From Elusimicrobia bacterium HGW-Elusimicrobia-3 (GTDB lineage: Bacteria; Elusimicrobiota; Elusimicrobia; Elusimicrobiales; UBA9959), in assembly GCA_002840355.1 (NCBI GenBank), contig PHAL01000002.1, positions 39,278 to 103,277 on the forward strand: 64,000 bases of DNA. Direction: 5' to 3'. Positions 1 to 7,275 of this stretch are shown in pieces (the stretch's first letter is position 1; every line of letters begins with the position of its first letter). The notes beneath the pieces are model-generated. The model was not told the DNA's origin and ran no database searches. It saw only the letters and a list, made by a program, of their open reading frames with translations. Both the position numbers and the translations under genes were made by a program.

Positions 1-1
1 G

Positions 2-217
2 AAGGGCGACGACCTGGACAAGATGAAGAAGGCCAAGGAGAACCTGATCCAGGTTTCCCAGAAGCTCGGCGAGGCCGTCTACAAGGCCGCGCAGGCCAAG
101 GCCGGTCCCGAGGGCGCCGCTCCCGGCGCCGGTCCCGCCCCGGAGGGCGCCAAGGCGCACGCCGGCGGCAAGGACGACGTCGTGGACGCCGAAGTGGTCG
201 ACGACAACAAGAAGTAA
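2..217 (+). CDS. dnaK: DnaK (Hsp70) C-terminal fragment; 5' end lies outside the window
   Basis: Frame is open from the window edge. The acidic tail GKDDVVDAEVVDDNKK is typical of DnaK C-termini. dnaJ follows downstream. Confidence 0.8.
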   Translation, partial: KGDDLDKMKKAKENLIQVSQKLGEAVYKAAQAKAGPEGAAPGAGPAPEGAKAHAGGKDDVVDAEVVDDNKK

Positions 218-234
218 GCCGCTGACGGCCGTCT

Positions 235-270
235 GGCGGATAACGGATGGGACCCCCTCCGTTATCCGCC
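235..270 (+). other. 13-bp perfect hairpin between dnaK and dnaJ (possible attenuator or mRNA-processing/stability element)
   Basis: GGCGGATAACGGA (235-247) pairs with TCCGTTATCCGCC (258-270) around a 10-nt loop. No U-run follows, so it is not a classical terminator. Confidence 0.4.
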
Positions 271-322
271 ATCGGCTTATATGCCCGGCCTCCGCTTTTG
301 GTAGAATTCCCTTAACATTAAT

Positions 323-1447
323 ATGGCTTCCAACGATTATTACCGCATACTGGGCGTTGCCCGCAACGCCAGCTCCGACGAGATCAAGAGCGCTTACCGC
401 AAGCTGGCGATGAAACACCACCCGGACCGCAACCAGGGCAATACCGAGTCCGAGTCCGTCTTCAAGGAGATCAACGAGGCGTACGAGGTGCTCTCCGCCC
501 CCGAGAAGCGCCAGGTCTACGACCAGTACGGCGCCGAGGGCCTGAAGGCCGGCGCCGGCGGCCGCGGCGGTTTCGGCGGTTTCCAGGGCGCCGACCTGGG
601 CGACATGTTCGGCGACCTTTTCGAGAACCTTTTCGCGCAGGGCGGGGCGGGCGGCCACGGCCGGCCGCGCTCGCGGCGCGGCTCCGACCTGAAATACGAG
701 GCCGAGATCACGCTGGAGGAGGCTTTCACCGGCGTCAAGATCCCCGTGAATTTCGACCGCACCGAGGTGTGCGGCGAGTGCGACGGCACCGGCGCGCGCG
801 GCCGCACCGGCATAAAGAAATGCCCCACCTGCCGCGGCAGCGGCCGCGTGCAGTACTCACAGGGCTTCTTCGCCTTCAGCCAGGCCTGCCCCGAGTGCGG
901 CGGCCAGGGCGAGATCATCTCCACCCCCTGCAAGGCCTGCGGCGGCGCCGGCCGGCAGAAGAAGAGCGCCTCCATCAACGTCAAGATCCCCTCCGGCGTC
1001 GAGGAGGGGGCGGTGCTGCGCGTTTCCGGCGGCGGCGACGCCGGCCTGAAGGGCGGCGACTCCGGCGACCTCTACATCCAGGTGCGCCTGAAGCACCATT
1101 CCCATTTCGAGCGCCACGGCCGCGACCTGGTCTACGAGTGCCAGGTGCAGGTCTGGCAGGCCGCGCTGGGCGGCGAGACCGACGTGCCGGTGATAGAGGG
1201 CGGCCGCGTGAAGATCAAGATCCCGCCCGGCACGCAGCACGGCAAGGTGTTCCGCGTGCACGAGCAGGGCATGCCCGGGGCGGGCGGCAAGGCCCGGGGC
1301 GACCTGCTGGTCAAGGTGCGGCTGGAAGTGCCGCACGACCTTACCCCCCGGCAGCGGGAGCTGTTCGAGGAGCTGGCGGCGCTGGCCGGCCACGAGGCGC
1401 CCGAGGCCGGAAAGGAAAAAGGCTTCTTCAAGAAGATCCTGGGCTGA
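323..1447 (+). CDS. dnaJ: Chaperone DnaJ (Hsp40)
   Basis: J-domain DYYRILGV...HPDRN, a G/F-rich linker, and four CxxCxGxG zinc motifs ([32 protein letters not shown]). Confidence 0.95.
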   Translation: MASNDYYRILGVARNASSDEIKSAYRKLAMKHHPDRNQGNTESESVFKEINEAYEVLSAPEKRQVYDQYGAEGLKAGAGGRGGFGGFQGADLGDMFGDLFENLFAQGGAGGHGRPRSRRGSDLKYEAEITLEEAFTGVKIPVNFDRTEVCGECDGTGARGRTGIKKCPTCRGSGRVQYSQGFFAFSQACPECGGQGEIISTPCKACGGAGRQKKSASINVKIPSGVEEGAVLRVSGGGDAGLKGGDSGDLYIQVRLKHHSHFERHGRDLVYECQVQVWQAALGGETDVPVIEGGRVKIKIPPGTQHGKVFRVHEQGMPGAGGKARGDLLVKVRLEVPHDLTPRQRELFEELAALAGHEAPEAGKEKGFFKKILG

Positions 1448-2157
1448 TGCCGCAATACCTGATCCCCGCCGAGAATATCCGGGACGGCCGCTTCTTCGCG
1501 GGCCCGGAGGAGTCCAACCACATAGCCCGCGCCGCGCGCGCCCGCGCCGGCGACGAGATAGAGATCTTCGACGGGAAGGGCAATCGTTACCGGGCCGTGA
1601 TCGGCTCGGTGGACGGCGCCCGCGTGGAGGGCACGGTGAAGGAAGCCCTGCCGAGCCCGGAGTACGCGGCGCGGCTGACGCTCTGCTTCGCCGTGGTGGC
1701 GCGCCCGGCGCTGGAGAGCATCCTGGAGCATTGTACCGAGGCCGGCGTGAACGCCTTCCAGCCGGTGATGGCCTCGCGCGTGCAGTTCGACCTGTTCAGC
1801 GACTGGGAGCGCCGCCTGCCGCGCCTGGAGCAGATAGTGACCTCGGCGGCCAAGCAGTGCGGCCGCGGCCGCCTGCCCGAAGTGCGCAAGCCGGAGAAGC
1901 TGGACGACCTGCTCGCGGCCGGCGGCAACTGCGTCTTCGCCTCCGCGGACGGGCAGAATCCCGACGAGGCGGCGCGCGCGCTGGACGGCGGGGGGGAGAT
2001 AAAACTTTTTGTGGGACCGGAGGGAGGCTTTACGAGAGGGGAACTGGAGTTCGCCCGTTCCAAGGGCGCTGTCTTCATGAACCTGGGCCTGTACACGCTC
2101 AGGGCCGAGACGGCCTGCCTGGCGGCGGCGTCGGCCCTGCTCACCCGCCTTCGCTGA
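1447..2157 (+). CDS. rsmE: 16S rRNA (uracil1498-N3)-methyltransferase RsmE family
   Basis: Start overlaps the dnaJ stop (TGATG). N-terminus is MPQYLIP...GDEIEIFDGKG and the C-terminal motif FVGPEGGFTRGE is present. The longer tracked ORF (769..) is an out-of-frame extension across dnaJ. Confidence 0.85.
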   Translation: MPQYLIPAENIRDGRFFAGPEESNHIARAARARAGDEIEIFDGKGNRYRAVIGSVDGARVEGTVKEALPSPEYAARLTLCFAVVARPALESILEHCTEAGVNAFQPVMASRVQFDLFSDWERRLPRLEQIVTSAAKQCGRGRLPEVRKPEKLDDLLAAGGNCVFASADGQNPDEAARALDGGGEIKLFVGPEGGFTRGELEFARSKGAVFMNLGLYTLRAETACLAAASALLTRLR

Positions 2158-2161
2158 TCTT

Positions 2162-2584
2162 TTAGTTTTCCAGCCTGGACCTTACCGAACTGCGCAGCAG
2201 CAGCTTCTTCTTATCCGCCTTTTCAAAACTCAGCGCCACGGCCTTTTTCAGGTCGTCTATGCTGACGGGCTTGTTCAGGAACAGCTCGACGCTGTTGCCG
2301 AGGTTGCCGGCTATGCGGGCCTCGTTGCTGCTGTCTCCGGTAAGGATGATGACCGGGATGCACCGGGTGCGCGGATCTTCCTTGATGGCGCGGCAGACTT
2401 CCATGCCGTTGATGTCCGGCAGGCCCAGGTCCACTATGGCCAGGTCCAGCCGCGTTTCCCTGAGCCACTGCAGGGCGGTCTGCCCTTTTCCGGCGGTGAT
2501 CACGAGGTGCCCGTCGTGCTCGAGCACGCGCCTCAGCATCTCCTGGATGGACTCTTCGTCGTCCACTATAAGTATCTTCTTCAT
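2162..2584 (-). CDS. Single-domain response regulator (CheY-like receiver)
   Basis: MKKILIVDDE...DLAIVDLGLPDINGMEV...NKPV receiver motifs. No output domain. Confidence 0.85.
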   Translation of the reverse strand: MKKILIVDDEESIQEMLRRVLEHDGHLVITAGKGQTALQWLRETRLDLAIVDLGLPDINGMEVCRAIKEDPRTRCIPVIILTGDSSNEARIAGNLGNSVELFLNKPVSIDDLKKAVALSFEKADKKKLLLRSSVRSRLEN

Positions 2585-2681
2585 TTGCAGCTTCCCCCCG
2601 ACTCTCGACTAAATATAGCATAAAGTCGGCCCGCTTTTATCCGAATTACGCCAAATGTCACAAAAGTCACATACGGCTTTT

Positions 2682-2772
2682 ATCGAGGCTTCGCCTCGAT
2701 AGCTTCTCGATAGGCGGCGAAGCAACTGAGGCAATGACGAGCGCCTGGCCGCTATCGAGGCGAAGCCTCGAC
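2682..2772. repeat. Inverted repeat pair with three CTCGATAG boxes in a divergent promoter region
   Basis: TCGAGGCTTCGCCTCGATAGC (2683-2703) recurs as its exact reverse complement at 2751-2771. Each arm is itself an 8-bp hairpin (ATCGAGGC/GCCTCGAT). CTCGATAG occurs at 2694, 2705 (+) and 2752 (-). Confidence 0.75.
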
Positions 2773-2793
2773 AGGAATTTGTAGAATATAGGG

Positions 2794-4035
2794 GTGAAAA
2801 TCTATTTTAAGACCGTCGGCTGCAGGGTCAACCAGGTGGAGACGGAAAGCCTGCGCGAGAAGTTCGCGGCGCTGGGCCACTCCGCCGCGGCCTCCCCGGA
2901 GGAGGCCGACCTGGTGGTGGTGAATACCTGCTCGGTAACCGCCAAGGCGGACCGGGACTGCGTCGCTTTCCTGCGCAAGACCGCGGCAGCCAATCCGCGG
3001 GCCTCCATCGCCGTGACCGGCTGCCTGGCCACGCTGGAGCCGCAGAAGATCCTGGCCGCGGCGCCGGGCGCCGCCGTTTTTGCCAACAAGGACAAGGAGA
3101 ATATCCCCGCGCAGCTGTGCGGTACGCCGGCCGACGCGGACTTCTTCTCCGTCGGCAAATTCCACGGCAAGGCCAGAGCTTTCGTGAAGGTGCAGGACGG
3201 CTGCAACCTGAAATGCGCCTACTGCCTGGTCAACATAGCCCGCCCCGAGCTGAAGTCCAAACCGCTGGCGGCGGCCGCGGCGGAAATAGAGAAATTGATA
3301 GCCGCCGGCTTCGCGGAGATAGTGCTGTGCGGCACGCGGCTGGGCATCTACCGCTGCGGCGAGACCGGCGCTCCGCTGGCGCAGCTGATGGAGCGCCTCT
3401 TCTCTTTGCCGGGGGAGTTCCGGCTGCGCTTCTCGTCTATAGAGTCCGGCGAGCTTACGCCGGAACTGCTGAAAGTTCTCCGCGCCGCCGGGCCGAAGTT
3501 CTGCGATTATTTCCACCTGCCGCTGCAGGCCGGGGCCGACCCGGTGCTCAGGGCCATGGGCCGGCCCTACGATACCGCCGCCTACCGGGCGAAAGTGGAG
3601 GAGTTGCGCTCGCTGTTCCCGGGCGTGGGCGTTTACGCCGATATCATCGCCGGCTATCCCACCGAGACCGAAGCCGACTTCGCCGCGGCGCTGGCTTACG
3701 TGCGGGCCCTCGGGCTCTCCGGGCTGCACGTGTTCAGTTTCTCGGCCCGCCCAGGCACGCGCGCCGCGGCGCTCAAACCCCTGCCGCCGGGGGTCGTGGC
3801 CGCCCGTTCGTCCGCGCTGCGCTCGCTCGACGGAGAACTGCGCGCGGCCTACGCGGCCTCCATGCTGGGCCGGGAACTCCTGGCGCTCACCCTGAAGAAC
3901 AAGGACGGGCGCGCGCTGGCGCTGGCCTCCAATTTCCTGAACCTGGAGCTGCCGGCCCCCGTGCCGCCGGGCCGCCTGTTGCGCTGCCGCGTCACGGCGG
4001 CCCGCTCCGGCGCCTGCCTGGCGGAAGCAGCGTGA
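2794..4035 (+). CDS. MiaB/MtaB-like radical-SAM tRNA methylthiotransferase
   Basis: N-terminal UPF0004 cysteines (TVGCRVN, NTCSVT, VTGC), radical-SAM motif CNLKCAYC, and a C-terminal TRAM-like region. GTG start. Confidence 0.85.
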   Translation: MKIYFKTVGCRVNQVETESLREKFAALGHSAAASPEEADLVVVNTCSVTAKADRDCVAFLRKTAAANPRASIAVTGCLATLEPQKILAAAPGAAVFANKDKENIPAQLCGTPADADFFSVGKFHGKARAFVKVQDGCNLKCAYCLVNIARPELKSKPLAAAAAEIEKLIAAGFAEIVLCGTRLGIYRCGETGAPLAQLMERLFSLPGEFRLRFSSIESGELTPELLKVLRAAGPKFCDYFHLPLQAGADPVLRAMGRPYDTAAYRAKVEELRSLFPGVGVYADIIAGYPTETEADFAAALAYVRALGLSGLHVFSFSARPGTRAAALKPLPPGVVAARSSALRSLDGELRAAYAASMLGRELLALTLKNKDGRALALASNFLNLELPAPVPPGRLLRCRVTAARSGACLAEAA

Positions 4036-4961
4036 AGAAATGCCCGGCTTGCGGTTACGTCAACCCGGCCGGGACCGCCTACTGCGCGATCTGCCGCCGC
4101 GACCTCTCCGCCGTGGCGCCGCTGCCGGAACTTGCACGCCCTAAGGAACCCTCCCTGCTGCCGGCCTCGGCCATGGTGCTGCTCGGCTGCGCGGTCCTTT
4201 TCTACGCGCTGCAGAATTTCGCCTGGCAGCCCGCGGCCGCCCCGGACTCCGCCGTTGACGAGCCGCCGGACTACCCGGCTATAGCGGTCTCGATAGAACT
4301 GGCGGGGCGGCAGCGCTATCTGCCCGACGAGGACAAACTGCGCGCGCTGCCGCTGCTCTCCAGTCCGGACCCGGCCGTGGCCCGCGCCGCCATCGGGGCG
4401 GCCGGGGCCTGGCTGCGCGCCGGCGCCGACGGGGGAACGGGCGCGGCCCTGTTCGGGGCGCTGCTCGGCGCCGCAGAAGCGGGGACTGCCGGGGCGCGGC
4501 GCCTGGCGGCTACCGAGGCCGGCTACGCGCTGGCCGCCGGCTTCCCGCTGGGCGCCCAGGCCGCCAGGCTGGGGCGGGCCGCCGCCGCGCTGGCCGCCGA
4601 GGGCGACGCCGAACTGCGCTATGCCGGCTACTTCCTGGCCGCCATGGCCGGGGACAGATCTTACGAGCGGGCCCTGCTCGACGCGCTGAAATACGACCCG
4701 GTGCGCAGGTACAAGTTGTATGCCGCCTGCGCCCTCTCCCGTCTGGGCGCCGCCGAGGGGAACGCCCACCTTGCCGGCGCTATTTCAGGCGCCGACCCGG
4801 AGGAAAAACTGGAGGCCATAGCCTGCCTGACCTATTCTGCCGCCCCGGAGGCCGAAAGCCTTTTGGCCTCTGCCTCGCTGGACCTGTTTTCTCCCGGTTC
4901 GGCCGAGAGCGCCAAAAGGGCCTTAATGTTGCGCAAACAACTTGCTATAATTAAAAAGTAA
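4032..4961 (+). CDS. Zn-ribbon / single-TM / HEAT-like repeat protein
   Basis: GTG at 4032 overlaps the upstream stop (GTGA). It has CPACG...CAIC, then the hydrophobic helix LLPASAMVLLGCAVLFYAL, then Ala-rich repeats of DPxVRxxAAxAL type. The tracked ORF 3117.. is an out-of-frame upstream extension. Confidence 0.6.
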   Translation: MKKCPACGYVNPAGTAYCAICRRDLSAVAPLPELARPKEPSLLPASAMVLLGCAVLFYALQNFAWQPAAAPDSAVDEPPDYPAIAVSIELAGRQRYLPDEDKLRALPLLSSPDPAVARAAIGAAGAWLRAGADGGTGAALFGALLGAAEAGTAGARRLAATEAGYALAAGFPLGAQAARLGRAAAALAAEGDAELRYAGYFLAAMAGDRSYERALLDALKYDPVRRYKLYAACALSRLGAAEGNAHLAGAISGADPEEKLEAIACLTYSAAPEAESLLASASLDLFSPGSAESAKRALMLRKQLAIIKK

Positions 4962-4998
4962 ATCGCGTATATATATAATCGGTCTGGGGGCGGACTTT

Positions 4999-7260
4999 AT
5001 GGAAGGGAAACCGGACAAGAAAAAAGAATCAATAGACGAGATACTCTCCGATCTCAACGGCTTGCTCAACAAGATGCCGTCCATCCTGGACGGTATAAAG
5101 ATGCCCGAGATGCAGCCCCTGGAACTTCCGCGCAAGGAAGAGCCCGCCGCCGAACCCGTAAATCCGGAGCCGGAGGCTTTTCATCCGGAGACTGCCGAGG
5201 CCGCCGCGCCCCAGCCCGAGCCTCAGTCCGCCGCCGAACCTGTAACCCCGGAACCTGCCGTTTTTTTCGAGACTGCCCCGGCCGCCGAGGCCGCCGCGCT
5301 ACAGCCTGAGCCGCAGCCCGCTGCCGAGCCTGTGACTCCGGAGCCCGCTGTCGTTCTTCCCGAGACTCCCGCGGCCGAAGAAGCCGCCACACCCCAGAAC
5401 GAGCTGCCTCAGCAGCCGGAGGCGGAGTCCGCCCCCTCTTTCGACGCAGAGAAAACCGTGATGCTTGAGGCTTTCAACGGTCTCGGTGAAGGCGCCCCGG
5501 CGCCCGAGCCGCTGGCCCCGCAGAGCCTGGGAGATTTTATGTACGGTCCCGGTTCCGAAGAGCAGCAGCCCGCGGCCGCCGCGCCCGCCGAACCTGAACC
5601 GCAGGCCGCGCCCGAGTTTCAGGCCGAGCCCGCGGCCCCCGCTGAAAAGGCCGATGAGCCCTCCGCCGGTCTCCAGCCCGTTCCGGCTTTCGAGCCCGAA
5701 GCGCCCGAGTCCGGGATTTCTTTAGAACCTCAGCCCGAGCCCGCGACAGAAGCCGCGCCCGAGGCGCCGCTGCAGGCGGCCGCAGAACCGGAGCGCGTAG
5801 AGCAGGCGGCGCTGCCGGCCTACGACAATACCCGCGATTTCGGCATCCCCGACATCGACGCGCTGCTTCAGCTGTCGGGTGACGGTTCCATAGAGGAAAA
5901 ACCCGGGCAGCAGCTGCCCGAGGCCGGAGTCCTGCCGGAATCGGTGCAGGCCATAGAGCAGGAGAAACCCGCCGTCTCCATACAGGGACTGGACGCGGCC
6001 GCGCAGCAGCCTGAACAGGCGGGGGGGATGATGGACGAGAAAAAAACCGAAGAGAACGACGGACTGCCGCAGGAGCCCGCGCCCGCGGCTGAGCCCAGCC
6101 CCTTTGACGCTTTCGCTATCGATTCCCCGGCCCCGGAGAGCGGGGCGCAGCCCCAGGGCGGTGAGCTTAACCTCGAGCCGTCGGCCGACGCCGGCCTGAA
6201 CCTCGAACCCTCCGCTGAAACGCCCTTGGCGCAGGAGACTGGCGGCCTGAACCTCGAACCTTCCCCGGAAACGCCCCCGGCGCAGGAAGCCGGCGGCCTG
6301 AACCTCGAGCCTTCCGTTGAAACGCCCGCCGCGCAGGAAGCCGGCGGCCTGAACCTCGAACCCTCCGCGGCCATGCCTGCGGGCCAGGACGGCGGGGAAA
6401 CCCTGCGCCTGGAGCCCGCCGGCGAGACTCCCGCGCAGGGCGGCGAAGAACTTAAATTCGAAAGCTCGGCGGAAGCCGCGGCGGCCCCGGCGCAGGATTC
6501 GCCGTTCGGTACCGAGCCCGCGGCCGAAAACGCCGCAGCGGAGCCAGGGCTGGAACTGGGCGGCCAGCCGCCCGCGGCCGGCGGCTTGGAACTTTCTCCT
6601 TCCCTCGACCTCTCCGGCGCGCAGCCGCAGCCGGAGGGCGCCGACCAGACCATCCCCGGCGGCGTCGGCCTGGAGCTCAGCGTGGGCCAGCCCCCGCAGG
6701 AGCCGGCCGCGGCCATGCCCGGCGGCGGCCTGGAACTTGACGGCGGGACCCCCGGCGGCGAAGAGACGCTGGTGGCGCCTGCCCCCGAGGGGGATTCTGA
6801 AGGCGACAGGACCATGGTCTACCAGGCCGCCCCTTCCAATACTTCCCGCGCGCAGGCCGGCGACCTCGAGGAGCTCGCCGCCAAGCAGGCCCCCGAGGGC
6901 ATACCGGCGGAGCGCCTGCGCACGCTGATGTTCCTCTACGGCCCCGACGACAAGGCCCTCTGCGCCACCGCGCTGGCCGAGCTGGACGCCATCTGCCTCA
7001 AATCCCCCACCAAGCCGATGTTCATCAAGCGGGCCTCCGTTAAGGAGTGCGACCCCGACGTGAACCCGAACTACGTCATCCAGACCGTGACCGATGCCGG
7101 CGCGCAGGGCCTGATCTGCCTGGGCAGCGTGCCCCAGGAGAAGGTCTACGAGATCGAGAACGCCTTCGGCACCTCCGGGGGCTTCTTCCGCTACTACGAC
7201 TCCTCCACGTTCAGCCATTCGGCGGCGCTGGACCTGGTGGCCGACCTGATACTTCGCTGA
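4999..7260 (+). CDS. Acidic Pro/Glu/Ala-rich repeat protein with a small globular C-terminal domain
   Basis: 753-aa ORF. It is low complexity apart from about 40 aa at the N-terminus and about 130 aa at the C-terminus. It contains internal tandem repeats and is co-directional and tightly spaced with its neighbours. Confidence 0.7.
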   Translation: MEGKPDKKKESIDEILSDLNGLLNKMPSILDGIKMPEMQPLELPRKEEPAAEPVNPEPEAFHPETAEAAAPQPEPQSAAEPVTPEPAVFFETAPAAEAAALQPEPQPAAEPVTPEPAVVLPETPAAEEAATPQNELPQQPEAESAPSFDAEKTVMLEAFNGLGEGAPAPEPLAPQSLGDFMYGPGSEEQQPAAAAPAEPEPQAAPEFQAEPAAPAEKADEPSAGLQPVPAFEPEAPESGISLEPQPEPATEAAPEAPLQAAAEPERVEQAALPAYDNTRDFGIPDIDALLQLSGDGSIEEKPGQQLPEAGVLPESVQAIEQEKPAVSIQGLDAAAQQPEQAGGMMDEKKTEENDGLPQEPAPAAEPSPFDAFAIDSPAPESGAQPQGGELNLEPSADAGLNLEPSAETPLAQETGGLNLEPSPETPPAQEAGGLNLEPSVETPAAQEAGGLNLEPSAAMPAGQDGGETLRLEPAGETPAQGGEELKFESSAEAAAAPAQDSPFGTEPAAENAAAEPGLELGGQPPAAGGLELSPSLDLSGAQPQPEGADQTIPGGVGLELSVGQPPQEPAAAMPGGGLELDGGTPGGEETLVAPAPEGDSEGDRTMVYQAAPSNTSRAQAGDLEELAAKQAPEGIPAERLRTLMFLYGPDDKALCATALAELDAICLKSPTKPMFIKRASVKECDPDVNPNYVIQTVTDAGAQGLICLGSVPQEKVYEIENAFGTSGGFFRYYDSSTFSHSAALDLVADLILR
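5146..5400 (+). repeat. In-frame tandem repeat, about 3 copies of 84-90 nt (AAEPVxPEPxxxxxETxxAxxAAxxQPEPQx)
   Basis: Units start at 5146, 5230 and 5320. Read directly from the sequence and its translation. Confidence 0.8.
6157..6470 (+). repeat. In-frame tandem repeat, 51-nt period (GGLNLEPSxETPxAQEx), about 4 good copies plus degenerate flanking copies
   Basis: GGCGGCCTGAACCTCGA(A/G)CC recurs at 6241, 6292 and 6343 (the 6190 copy is a variant, GCCGGCCTG...); degenerate units lie on both sides. Confidence 0.85.
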
Positions 7261-7275
7261 CGCTACACTGAAATT

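Noticed and set aside
769-2157. N-terminally extended tracked ORFs (769-2157, 3117-4961, 52329-53936, 29390-30454, 42709-43296, 39238-40059)
   Set aside because: The extensions run across the upstream gene in another frame and translate to Arg/Pro-rich nonsense. Internal starts with overlap coupling (TGATG, GTGA, ATGA) or GGAGG RBSs give sensible N-termini.
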